Shown piece after piece: positions 27,030-38,800 of a stretch of DNA of 64,000 nt. The stretch covers positions 2,835 through 66,834 of the forward strand of contig JAUYMS010000034.1 in assembly GCA_030698625.1 (NCBI GenBank), read 5' to 3'. Position numbers and translations under genes: made by a program. This stretch comes from Candidatus Omnitrophota bacterium (GTDB lineage: Bacteria > Omnitrophota > Omnitrophia > Omnitrophales > Aquincolibacteriaceae). The notes below the pieces were generated by a model, which saw nothing but the letters and a program-made list of their open reading frames with translations, was not told where the DNA came from and did no database searches. Positions within the stretch are counted from its first letter, which is position 1. Every line of letters begins with the position of its first letter.

Positions 27030-27419
27030 CTAGGCAGCTTGTTTGCTGCTGAGGTAGTCGCGCACAATCGCGGCAATCTCGAACGGATTGACGGGCTTGA
27101 TGAAGTATCGCTCGCATCCCGCGTCAGATCCGTCTTGGAGGTCCTGCTCCATGCTCTTGGCAGTTAGAAAGAAGATGGGGATCTTACTCGTAGTTCGATC
27201 TTTACGAATTTTTTTGGCTGCCTCGAAACCCGTCATTACAGGCATCACGACATCCATGAGTATAAGATCGGGCTGCTTCAACTTGGCCAGACGAATGCCT
27301 TCCAGGCCATTGACGGCAACATCCAGCTCAATATTCTCGCTCTCAAAGGCCAACTGAGTGATATCGATGAGGTCAGCTTCATCCTCAACCAACAGGATAT
27401 GAGGCTTGGTCGAGCTCAT
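27030..27419 (-). CDS. Single-domain response regulator (CheY-like receiver)
   Basis: HILLVEDEADLIDI...PDLILMDVVMPVMTGFE...IPIFFLTAK: phospho-acceptor Asp and conserved Lys contexts. 4-nt ATGA overlap with the upstream kinase gene. Confidence 0.8.
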   Translation of the reverse strand: MSSTKPHILLVEDEADLIDITQLAFESENIELDVAVNGLEGIRLAKLKQPDLILMDVVMPVMTGFEAAKKIRKDRTTSKIPIFFLTAKSMEQDLQDGSDAGCERYFIKPVNPFEIAAIVRDYLSSKQAA

Positions 27420-28507
27420 GACTGCTTCTCCGCGATAAGGGAGCGCGTCACATATGAGGACTTCTGGAGCCCGTCCGTCGCCGCAGGGATAGTGAAAAAG
27501 AAATCACTCCCCTTGCCCAGGCCTTCGCTCTTCACCCCGACTTTACCCCCCTGTGTCTCTACCAATTGACGCACAATCGTAAGGCCCAATCCGGTGCCCA
27601 CATATTTCTTACCGTCCCGGTGATAGGCGCGGTAGAACTCTTCAAAGACATGCTCCCGATCATGTTCATTCAGACCGATCCCGCTATCGAGGACATTGAC
27701 GTAGATCTGCTGACCTTCTTTGTCGTAAGAGGCCGTCAGCGTTACCTTGCCCCCCGGCTCCGTATATTTAATGGCATTATTAAGAAGGTTTACGACGACC
27801 TGGGTGATGCGCTCGATATCCGCAACGACGTCGGGGATAATATCAGGGACTTCATCGATGAGCTCGATTTGCTGCTGTTCGCAGAGAATACGGTGATCAT
27901 CCACACAAGACTTAAGTACCGGCACCAGATCAAAAACGTCCTTGCGGCAGTCGATCTTCCCTGAACGAATCCGTGATAGATCGAGCAGTGAATCGATAAT
28001 GCTCGTCAAACGCTGACCTTGCATGAGAATCTTGCGTACCCGCCGCTTCTGCTCATCGTTGAGCGTACCGAGCTTTTCCCGCACCAGGATTTCGGCAAAT
28101 CCGTTAATGATGGACAACGGCGTTCTCAGTTCATGTGAAGCCACAGAGAGAAACTCGTCTTTCAATTTGTCGAATCGGTTGCGCTGCGCCTGAATTTCTT
28201 CGTCATCCAGCGGAAACCGTTTGGCCAAACGCAATCCTACAAACAGCAGCGCGGGCAGCCCGACGACTACTTGCCAGGCAATTTGAAAAGTGGGCTGAGG
28301 CCAAGTAACTCCGAAAAATCCTTGCAGGATAAAACCGAAAAAGAGGAGCGCGAATAAGACCGTGAGGCTGACCGAAAATATATTACGGCTGTCCGGCTTT
28401 TCGAGGTTGTGGTGAAGAACCATAAGGAAGGCTACTGCATACAAAATGCCGTCGGCTACGTAGCCCCACACGGCGATGCTTGAATTAGTACCGAAAACCG
28501 TCTCCAT
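27416..28507 (-). CDS. Membrane sensor histidine kinase
   Basis: Three N-terminal TM helices, H-box FLSVASHELRTPLSIINGF, and HATPase N/G boxes (LLNNAIKYT, LDSGIGL, GTGLGLTIVRQLVE). Confidence 0.85.
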   Translation of the reverse strand: METVFGTNSSIAVWGYVADGILYAVAFLMVLHHNLEKPDSRNIFSVSLTVLFALLFFGFILQGFFGVTWPQPTFQIAWQVVVGLPALLFVGLRLAKRFPLDDEEIQAQRNRFDKLKDEFLSVASHELRTPLSIINGFAEILVREKLGTLNDEQKRRVRKILMQGQRLTSIIDSLLDLSRIRSGKIDCRKDVFDLVPVLKSCVDDHRILCEQQQIELIDEVPDIIPDVVADIERITQVVVNLLNNAIKYTEPGGKVTLTASYDKEGQQIYVNVLDSGIGLNEHDREHVFEEFYRAYHRDGKKYVGTGLGLTIVRQLVETQGGKVGVKSEGLGKGSDFFFTIPAATDGLQKSSYVTRSLIAEKQS

Positions 28508-28525
28508 GTTGGTCCGTGGTCAGCC

Positions 28526-29149
28526 TTATGCCGAAGCTCTGTCTTGTGAAGCCGAACCGCCCTTCCCGTTGCGGAATTGCTCGACCTTCTCGATGAGTGA
28601 ATCGCTTGAAAACGGCTTCGTCAGGATATCATGCACACCTACTTCGCGCATCCTCGCCTTGTCTTCCTGACTACTGAGTCCGGTCATGGCGACAATAGGA
28701 ACCTCTTTGAAACGAGGGTCCTCACGCATAAACCGACAAAATTCAAATCCGTCGAGCTCGGGCATAAGGAAATCCAGAAGAATAAGATCGGGGCGTTCCT
28801 CGACAAGTTTTGCGCCTGCGAGAAAGGCGTTGCTGACTTCAATCAACTTGAGGTTGGGCAAATCGCTGAGCATGTCGTGGAGAACCTCCAGAATGCTGCT
28901 GTCATCGTCGACGGCCAGAACCACGTACTCTTTCCGCTTTTCGAGTGCTTCCTCCTCCTGCCAGGGTAAGTTGTAATTGTGGGCAAATTTGACTAGCTCT
29001 TCATGTTCAATGCGACGATGACCCCCAACCGTAGTAAAGCACTTGAACTTACCGCTCTCAATCCAGCGTATTACGGTTATGGGAGTTACCCCTATAAGTT
29101 TTGCTACTTCATGTGTCGTATAGAGCTTCTTTGTTTGAGAATCAGCCAC
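28526..29149 (-). CDS. MerR/excisionase-type HTH domain fused to a receiver domain (response regulator)
   Basis: YTTHEVAKLIGVTPITVIRWIESGK (HTH_17-like), then VVLAVDDDSSILEVL...PDLILLDFLMPELDGFE...VPIVAMTGL receiver. Confidence 0.7.
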   Translation of the reverse strand: MADSQTKKLYTTHEVAKLIGVTPITVIRWIESGKFKCFTTVGGHRRIEHEELVKFAHNYNLPWQEEEALEKRKEYVVLAVDDDSSILEVLHDMLSDLPNLKLIEVSNAFLAGAKLVEERPDLILLDFLMPELDGFEFCRFMREDPRFKEVPIVAMTGLSSQEDKARMREVGVHDILTKPFSSDSLIEKVEQFRNGKGGSASQDRASA

Positions 29150-29361
29150 TGGTCCTGCCCTCCGTCCCCGAGATGTTTGTTACTTATGTAGTGTATGTAA
29201 ACCTAGAAGAAGTATAGCCGTCCCGCGGGCTTACCGCAAATCTACGAGGCATATTTTTTAGGGAGGCAGAAAACGCTTAAGTCGTTTGTTTGTAGGTGCT
29301 TAGGCATATGGGGGCCCGATGGCGGACCCCCTGCCATAAAACTTCAATTAGTAGAGGGAAA

Positions 29362-29607
29362 TTAAGATCCTCTTTGACGCTCTGAGGAACGCTCTGAGGG
29401 ACTTTCCTGCGATCTCACGACATTGATGGCATGCTCGCCTTTCGGGCCCGCCTCAATCTCAAACTCAACAGGTTCACCTTCGTTGAGCGTCTTGAAGCCA
29501 TCACCGCCAATAGCGCTGAAGTGCACGAAGACGTCGCTTCCACTCTCTGGGGTTATAAAGCCGTACCCCTTTTTGTTGTTAAACCACTTCACTGTTCCTT
29601 TTGGCAT
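29362..29607 (-). CDS. cspA: Cold-shock protein (CspA family) with short acidic/Ser-rich C-terminal tail
   Basis: [33 protein letters not shown]...[14 protein letters not shown] has RNP1 (KGYGFI) and RNP2 (VFVHF) motifs. Confidence 0.9.
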   Translation of the reverse strand: MPKGTVKWFNNKKGYGFITPESGSDVFVHFSAIGGDGFKTLNEGEPVEFEIEAGPKGEHAINVVRSQESPSERSSERQRGS

Positions 29608-29649
29608 ACTCTTACACCTTTCCTTTCATATGTCGCGAGCCGGCCCGGC

Positions 29650-29700
29650 TAAAAGGCAAAAAAAACGGCCACGAGGAGCTCCGCTCCACATGGCCAAACT
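29650..29700 (-). terminator. Candidate intrinsic terminator downstream of giant gene B
   Basis: Minus-strand sequence CCATGTGGAGCGGAGCTCCTCGTGGCCGTTTTTTTGCC is a GC-rich imperfect palindrome followed by T7, located 115-165 nt after the gene B stop and upstream of cspA. Confidence 0.35.
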
Positions 29701-29813
29701 TGCTAATCCTGCCTTTTATGAAGATTCCCGCTCATCATGCTTCTAGTTCCTATTGAAAGAATATCATATTCCCCTGCCCTGTCAAATACTTACATCAAAA
29801 TAAATCAAATGAC

Positions 29814-32800
29814 TTAGGCTGCGGCAGCGACTTCGATGTCGCGGAGAATATCCTTGCTAAGTTTGGCTGCAAACGCATCAATGTCGGTAAGAATTCCGCC
29901 GAAGCCGCCCTCGCTTTTGGACTTCCCGGTGGAGAAGAAGTAGTACTTATCGACTTGCTCCACGCCGATCATCGCAACGGCCAGGGCAATTTCGATATCG
30001 CGCCGCGCCTTGCGGTAGAGACGACGCCCGAGGCTGCTATCGGGGTTGACCCCTCCGGGCACACCCTTCACGAGCAGACCCTTCCAACGCTTCTCGACGA
30101 CACCTAAGGCTACCTGAGCGAAAAGGGCACTGCCCACATCGATATCAGGCGATACAAGGGTCGTGGAATTGCCCGCCTCCGCCGACGGTAAAGCGGAGTA
30201 GCCTGCCAGTTGCGCCGCTGTAACCGCGACGCGCACGGCATCGCCATAGAAGGCCGCCGCCTCCGTCCATATGGCGCCCTGGAACTCAGCGCCGGTGAGG
30301 AAGACATCGAAGTTCTCGTCGGCATTCACAACCTGGGTAACAGGCGCGTTGATGAGCATTTTCTGCAGAGGCGTAAGGCCGCCGACTTCAGCTTGAACCC
30401 CTAGAATCGCAAGCAGTATTCCCTCAAAATCATCCGCCGCCACGCCTTTCTTAATCTCATCAAGCGTGAGGCCCGTAGCCATCCGGAGCAAGAACTCAAC
30501 CTTCAGTTTAAGACCGGCATAACGCTCAGCTTGCGCCACCGACAGGTCTTCGGAGCGCAGTTCGGAGCGCAGAATTCCCTCGAGATCACTCAACGTCTGA
30601 GTGTACGCAAAGATTTCATGCAGGACATCGTAGACTTTAGTGCCTTGAGGCAGTTGACCACTCAGCTGGGCATAGATGGAGTCGATCCTCTCGGTAATAT
30701 GATAGTGTTCAAACTCGTGATTGGCCCACAGACGCAGGTCGCGAACTGCATCGTCTTCCGGCACACTCAGGAGCTTGCGCGCATTCAAGCCCATGATGGA
30801 TTGCATCCGGTCTTCCAGCTGCTTCTTCTGGAAGAAGGCAACCGCGTCGGCATTCAGTCCCGTAAATTCTTCCAGGGAGATACGGACGCCGTTAGTCCCC
30901 TGCACCAGATCCCTCAGTTCGCTATGATCCGGGAAGGTGCGGTCGAAGATTCGCTGCAAGGCTTCCACCTGCTCGACTTCCAGCTTCTTGCGCAGGTCAC
31001 GGCTCAGCGCCTGTTCGATATTGGTCGATGTATCTTCTATATAACGCAGTTCCGAGCGCTGGCTAAGCTCATTGACACGCGAGAGCAGGCGGCCGGCCTC
31101 GATTAGGACACCGACGTGTTTGAGGTCCTTAGCGTACTTGGGGTCACTTTGCACGGCACGCAACCTCTCGCGGACTTCCTTGAGATCCTTCAACGCAGCG
31201 GCCCTCTGAAAGTCACTAATCTCGTCACCTGAAAGAATCTCATCGATACCGTCCAGACGTTTCGCAAGGCCTTCAAAGAAACGGTCGAGACGTACGTCTG
31301 TGAGCGTCTTCTTACCCGAAAGCAAATTCGTGATTGTGAGATTCAGGCCTTTAGCAATCGCCAGGAACTCGTCCCGGTCTGTCGCGAATTTCGCAACCCT
31401 TCTGTCTTCAGCCACGGCCTCTATTACCGGCGTAAGGGATTTAGCGTCTTCGATAAGAAGGGCCAATTCGGCCTGAATATCGCCCAGTCGGCCGACCGTG
31501 ATCCTCTCACTTGCAAAGATCTCGTCATAATAATGACCGAGCAGTTCCTTAACCACGCGGAAGGTCAGGTTCGCAGCCGCCTCTTGGTCGCGCTTCGCTT
31601 GCGGCAGGCTTTCTGCGATAATACCCGCACGGTTCATGATGGCCTTGAGGTTGGTAATGCGTTCACGCAAGGCATCCGCCGAAAGACTACGAAGCTCCAA
31701 GTCTGTCCGCTCGAACAGCTCCTTGAATTTCCCGACCTCCACATTCAGCTCGCGAAGCTTATCGAGCGTCAACTTCTCTTCTTCGACGATCAGCGCCAGC
31801 ACATCGCGATGGGCCTGGAGGGCGCGCTCAATCGGCGCGGCGAAGTCCGCGTATTCCTTGTCCTGTTCGTTGGTCTCAGCCGTCGGGACATAACGGCTCT
31901 GGACATCACGCACCGACGCAAGATACTCATCCGTGCGTGCGAGAGCCTCAGCCGGGTCAAAATCCTCGGCCGGTGCTTTCCCTTTGCGGCCGTAAATGCT
32001 GTCACCCAGCTGCCCGGTGTCGATGTGCAATTGACGCAGGATACCGGCATCGAGACCCCTTTGCCTGTAAGCCAACGCACTCTCCGGGGTTTCGGTTGCC
32101 GCAAGAGTGTCTTTCAGAAAAGCCTGAGCATTCTGCAGTTTTGTTTGGTCAGCCGGGCTGAGCAGTTCCCTATTTTCCTCGATCAGTGCGCGGTCAACTT
32201 GCTGCTTAAAATTATTCAGCTCTTCGCGGAACACGGCGAGTTCCTCAGGCGTTTCGAAAGAGCGGAAATTGCCTTCGCTGTCATAACTCTCTTTTTGCAA
32301 GTCTTCAAAAGCCTTATTGAGATTGGCCGCCTCCGCTGTGGCCGCAGCCTTGCGCTTCTCCAGGTCGTAGTAAACGCGGTAGTCCGCGGGCGAGTCGAGC
32401 TGCGTCGCGAGGTTCGTGGCCTTTGACTGTGCCTGTTTGATGCCGGCTGTCAGTTTTTTGCGTTCCGCATCGGCTATGGCCGTAGGAACCTCACCCGATA
32501 ATTTATCGAGTTCCGTATTGAGACCGAGAAGCTGCGCCAAAAGTATCGGCAATTCATCATCCTGAACGGGTTCGGAGGCAAGTAATTTACTCTTGAGTTT
32601 TTCCAGTTCGGAGCCGAGCCCGGCAACACGGTCGCTGATCCGCTTTTTGGTCCGTTCGGCGTCGAGCGTTTCTTCGCTCTTGAGCGTCGCCAGAAGTCCA
32701 TCGATCGTCTTAGCGAGAGCCACGGCCTTTTTGTTGCCTTCCTCGCCGAGAACGTCTTTGTATTCAGCAGCAATCCTATCGCGAGTTGCCTTCAGGGCCT

Positions 32801-35800
32801 CCACAGAGCGCTTCAGCGTTGTATAGGCCTCCGTATCAATAGACTCCTCACCGGTCAACTGCGCGGCGAGCTTGTCGATTTTACTCTGAATACTGTTCAG
32901 TGCCGTCCGGCCGCGTTCACTCTTCGGGACAAAGTCGATCACGGCGAAGTCGCTCGATTCCGTAAGGGCCGCCGGTAATTTCAATCCCGACTTTTTGAGA
33001 CCGACGACCAGGAACTTGCGGCCATCGCTCTTGCGTTGGATGACATCAAAGGCAAAATCAGCGTCTGTGCCGGTCAGGAGATCGAGGACGTCTTCGGTAT
33101 CCGAGAGCTCGATAATTTGCAAGCTGCCGTCACCGACGATCACGCCTTTTTTGCGGGCGTTCTTCTTAACCATGGCTTCGGCCTCGTTAATTTTCTTTTC
33201 AGCCAGATCGAGGTCTTTGGTTCCGAGTCTCTCGACAAGCGCCTTATGTTCTTCCTCGAGGAATGCCTGCCGATCATCCGGTGCGACACTCTGCGCACGT
33301 TTCTGAATATCCTTCGGCACCCGGCCCTGCTCAAAGCTGCGCAGGTCATTCAGGGTTTTACGCTTTACGTCGAGCTCTTTCTTCGCTTCCTTATATTCGC
33401 TGTCAAACTCACGTGTGGCTGTCAGCAACTCGCTCAAAGAGACGGCTTTGTCCGCACCGAAGCCCGCCAGGAATTTCCGGCGCACTTTGTCATTTTCAAA
33501 TGACCCTTCTATGAGAGAGTCGAACACAATCTGCCCGATCCCTTCCGCCGTGAGTTTGCTATCCACACGCAGCTCCGAACGCACCGTACCGGGCAAGAAT
33601 TCGGCCAGGAGAGAAGGATCGACGCCGCCGTCGCGCAGGCGGTCCACAAGTGTCCTCAGGAGACGCGCGCGCTCGTCGCGCTTGCCGTTACTGTTCAAGT
33701 TGAAGTCAACAGGAACTGCGTTGATCTGCTCGATCTCGGCCTGAATCGCTTTCTTCTGCGCCTTGCGTGTACGGTTGCGCAGACGGAAGCCCGTCACACT
33801 AAAGCCGGCGATCTTATTGTCAAGCCTCTCAAAACTCTTTTTGACATTGCTCGCCGTGGCGTCGTCGACGATCCTGCCCTGGGTTATGTTGCGCACAATA
33901 GCATTGAGCCATTCGCCCTGTGTAGAACGATGCGTCAGTGTCGATGCTTCATCGGTAGAATGCTCCCGCCCTCCGTCGCGTGCCGCATCGCCGCCGCCGT
34001 CACCGAAGTTAAAGGAAATGATGTCCGGATTGTGTGTGCGCACGTGATAGAAGTCACCGTACTCGTCAGTCACAACACGCTCCGAATAACCTTCTCCCAC
34101 TTTTTCCACGCCGCGGAAAACATGGGCCTGGTCGACACCGAGCTTATTGCCTTCCTCATTGACCAATTTGCCGAGTCCGGCAAATTCCGTCTTGTCAATC
34201 GTCTCACCTTTAGCATCATCGGGATGAAAGATTTCGGTGTGTATTCCGGGGTCCTTATCGCCGAAAAAGTCTTTGCCGCCCTTCTGCTCACGGCTGCCGC
34301 CTTTACGGAAGAAGCCCTTATGGCCCGCTTGTGAGTCCGCGGTAACGTAAACGACCTGGCGCTTCTCATCACGGAAAAATTCCGGATCTGCAATCTTGGA
34401 ACCGAGCCCAATTTCTTCACCCACGGTAAAGACCAGACGGAACTCCCCGCGCTCCTCACCGGCAACAGTATCGAAGGCATCGAGGGCCAGCCCGACACCT
34501 GAGCGGTTATCGGCACCAAGTGCCGTTGTCCCGTCGGTGCGAACGACTCCGTCCTTGCCGAGGATTGTCGTCAGCGGACCTTCGCGGATTTCCGGCCGGA
34601 CATCCATATGGCCGCCAACCACCGTAACGGCATCCCTTTCATGACCCTCGGTGGCTTTAAAGGTGATATATAGGATACCGTTGGCATCGACCTTAACTTC
34701 ATAATCTTGCAGACGGTCCGCACGGCGGCGGACTTTGGCGGCATCTTCGGCCTTACCTTCGCCCTCCAGCCGGACAGCCTCAGCTTCAAGACGGGTCGTC
34801 TCACTAATGATCGTATCAAGGACCATGTCCTGGATCGCAATCGAGACTTCCGGCTCGTGAAGTTGATACTGGCGCCTGACCTCATCGCTGGCTCCCGCAG
34901 GCGGCGTTGCCCGCGGCGTGCGCCCGATACTCAAAAGATGATGGTATCGCTCCAGGCTGCGACGCTCACGATCGCGGTCAAACGTTTTACCCGGATGACG
35001 CTTCTTGAAGTCTTCTTCCACCTTGTCGATTGCCGTTTCCAGATTCGCGCCGAAATCGCGGCTGCTGCGTTCGGCATTACGGCGGGCCAGCAACGCGGAG
35101 CGCGATTCGTCATTCAGTTCGGCAACAAATTCACTGCCCGGCCGCGTCGGATCGAAACCTCGCAGGATCGTCTCGAGGTCCTGACGGCTATTCTCATAAG
35201 TCTCGTCCTGAACCGTGTACATGAAGCTGAACACGTTTTCGAGCAGCATGCGGATGCCCTCCGGCAGCGCGCGGCGGTCAAACTCATCATCGATGTCGAG
35301 GTCGAGCAAGGACACGAGTTTCTTGCGAATGGCGTCGTATTTCTTGCGCAGCTTGTCGACCGACTTCAGTTGACCGGGATACTTATCGTCAGTCAGTGAA
35401 TAGAAGATGTCCTCATCCTCATAGACATCATCAATAAGATGCGGCAGCTCCCGTATCGCCTGATCCTCGAGCGTGCCGAGACTGCTCTTTACCGCGCGCA
35501 CGGTATCGCCGCTTAACATACCCAGGAGGCCGTCAATCAAGTTATCCAGCGTGTCGGATTTCTGAACGGCCGCGGTGAAACGGCGGAAGAACTCATCGCG
35601 CGCGGCATCATCCAGGCCCGCACGGGTCTGCAGCGTGAACAGCAGGTCGGCGATGGTCTCGAGCTTGCCGAAGAGCGCCTGGACTTCAGGCTTTTTCGGA
35701 TCCAGTTTGAACTGGTTCACGTAGTTACGAAGACCGTCGATGATCGTACGGCGATAATGGCGCGCGAGTTCCTTTTCGTCGAGGTTGCCGTCGCTGCGGT

Positions 35801-38800
35801 AGATCGTGTCGTTATCCGACGGGTTGTTGCGCCAGCCGTTGGTTTCGTGCACAAACGAATGGATCTCGGAAAGCATGCCCTGCTGGCCCAGGATAAGCGG
35901 ATCACGCATCACCGGGAACTGCGACAGCACGAGCAACTCATCCAGATCGGCAAACTGCTTTTGGCGATTCTCCCACAGGTACTGCGAACGTGCATGCCCC
36001 AGTTCGTGGGCAAGGTCGCGCAGGTTGAGACCTTCCGGGAATTTGGTCTTGTCTTTCTTCTCGGGAACGATCACCAGCGTACCAAAACCGGCACGGTGAC
36101 CGAACCTAATCGCGGCACCGTCGCTGCTGTCGCCCTTACCGTTACGCTTCATGAATTCTTTAAACTTGTCCTCCTTGAGTTTCAGAACAAGGATACCGTC
36201 CCGATCGATCAGTTCCGCGCCTTCAAGATCGGACTCAAGATGCTGATAGTCAAAATGGATATCTTCGGTCGGGTCCTGGCGTGTAAGCAGGAAGTCGCGC
36301 GTTTCTTTCGCCGAGGTGTCGTAGGAACGGCTCACGAGATCCTTATTGGTCTGATCCTGGAAGGCCTTGCGGACTTCCAAGAGCGTCTCACGGGCCTTGG
36401 CCGCATCAGGCTCGCTCACTATAATCAGCTTCTGCAGCGCAAAATAGACAAGCGCGCGGTAAGTATCCTCGGCCAGGAAGCGGCGGCGTTCGAGTTCGAG
36501 ACGCCGTCTCTCAGCCCCGGATGTCCCCTCGGGAATACCCAGCTCGCTGACCTTCTTTTTAATGCCATCGAGTCCGTCAGGGTGTGTCGCCGACAGCAGC
36601 CCTGCCTGCTCCGCGGTCGCCTTCGCCTGCTCGATCTGGTAGCGGTGAGCCGGCGGCACGAGGTGCTTGATACGGTCATAAACCCGGTCGTGCTTAGTCC
36701 TGTCGTAGTCGGGAGCATCGCTATGCACAAGGGCTAGGACATCACCGCGGATGCGGTTGAAGGAATCAGCCACGCGGTTCGGATGATCACCGGTCCGGCG
36801 GCGGCGGCGATGCTCTTCGAACTTGGTCTCATAGTCGACGGCATTATCTTCGACGGTATACCGCTCGCGGTCGGCCAGAGCAAAGCCCGTATACGTAATA
36901 TCACGGTTGCGCTCAAAGTTAGAACGGCTGATCTCGAGGGCCGAGCCGACGAGCCTGCCCGAGCGGCTTTGCGCAAGGAGGTTATTAAAGTAATGGAAAG
37001 TCGGATCGCTGATCGAAGGCTCACCCGTCTTAGCGCGCTGTTCGTCACTCTTCTTTTTCTTTTCATCCAGGACACGCTTGGCCTCCTCGACCTGCCCCTT
37101 CTGCAGGGCCTCCTCAAACTCAAAGATCCAGCGGTAAGCGACGTTAGTGCTGAAGTATTCTTCGTAGGCTTCCCAAGCGTTTGTGTCGCCGCTCAAGAAG
37201 CGCGTAAACGGATCCTGGTCGAGTGGTTCATTAACAATGCGCTCCTTGAAAGCGGCCTTATCACGGTACACATATTCCCCGCGGGTCATGGCCAGCGCAC
37301 GGTAGAACTGCACGGTGGCGTCCTGCTTCTCACGTGACTGGAACTTCAGGAAGTTACTCGCGACATATTCCGCGTAGTAGTCGCGGAACATCTTGAACGG
37401 ATCATCGGAAGCCACCGTCCGGCCGTGCACCGTGCCTTCGTCGATGACACGGCTGATGATACGGCCCATGCGCTCCACCCGCTCTGCTTTGACGTAATTC
37501 CCCGAGGCGCGAAGCTGGCGTGCCCGCAGGCTGAAATTCGATATATTTTTACTGCGCTGGAACGGATTGAGATAGGAATCGTGAACGCCCTCGGAAAAGT
37601 CATTGAGTTCGTACTCGATGACTTCGTGGAGAAGATGCTGACTCACATAACCGATCAAGCCTTTGTCGGGCTGGCTGACCAGACCGCTATAGCGGCCTTC
37701 GAGAAGGTCGTCCAGGACCCAGTCTGCGAAGAAGATCTTGCCGCCGCGGACAAAAGCCGGGGTGTCGGCCGCGGGCTCGATCTCAATCGGCAGGTCGCGG
37801 ATATGATCGATGAGAACGCGGAGAATGTCTTTGAATTCGTCCGGCGCAGCGGGATTCCCGAGAATGGCATCGGCATCTCTGATGATCTCACTCTTGAAGT
37901 GCTCAAGGTCAGCTTTCGTGTACGCGATGCCGTGACGCTTGCGGAATTCGATGATGCGCTTACCGTAGCCGGGGAATGCGGCGGCGACCGCATCCAGTTT
38001 GGCGAGGACCTCGTTTTTGAGCCTCTCCTGCTCGGCCGGAATGCGATCTTCCTTGTCCTTGTGGCGCCGCATCTTCTGAATGCGTTCCTCGCCGTCCTCC
38101 TGCAGCTTCGAGGCCTCATGGAATAGAATGGCCGCCAGACCCTCGCGCAAGCGTGCGGCTTCGTCGGCGCGTAAAGCGTCCTGCTCCACAATAGCGAGCC
38201 GCGCTTCATAGAGCCGCTTCAGGTTTTCAAGCGAGAGCGGCGTGCCGGTCCCGAAGAGGTCTTCGCCCAAAAGGTGCTGTGAAATCAGGTTGAGTTTGTT
38301 AGTCCAGGCCGTACGCTCGCCGCGCGCAATGGCAAAGGCGTCGTCGATCGAAATGTCATTAGCCAGAATACCGTCATGAACACCGGCAAACAGGCCCTGC
38401 AAGAGAGGATCAAGTGCAAGGCCCGCAAAACCGGCGTCACTGGCGTGATCAAGATTCACGCCAAATTTGTTAAGAATGCTCTTAATGTCGCGCAGCGACG
38501 GCCGGCCCCGGCCTTCCTGCTCGCGTTCGGCAATCACGCCGCGGATCGCGGCAACAGCGCGGCCGATCTTGATCACCGCCGCGACTGAGGCTTTTTCATC
38601 GAGGCGGAGATGGTCAAAGATCGCCTCGCCCATCCCCATACTCCCGTCGATGTCGCTGACCAGCGTTTCGTCATCCCTGAAACCACTCTCCCCGGCCTTC
38701 ACCTTGTCCGCCAGGTTCTTGCGCTCCTGAGTGATCTTCTCCGACAGCCCCTCGAAGAGTTTGTCGATCTTATGCGCAAGTCCGACCGGATCACGCCCAC

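Noticed and set aside
26920-27117. Extended N-terminus of the Tal-Pgi ORF starting at 27117
   Set aside because: The extension is Cys/Arg-rich and non-conserved, lacks an RBS, and overlaps the response-regulator gene. ATG at 26919 has an AAGGGAG SD and starts the conserved transaldolase N-terminus.
29305-29340. GC-rich stem-loop gggggcccgATGGcggaccccc downstream of cspA as intrinsic terminator
   Set aside because: No U-tract follows on the minus (sense) strand, and one stem mismatch is present, so it is at best a weak structure.
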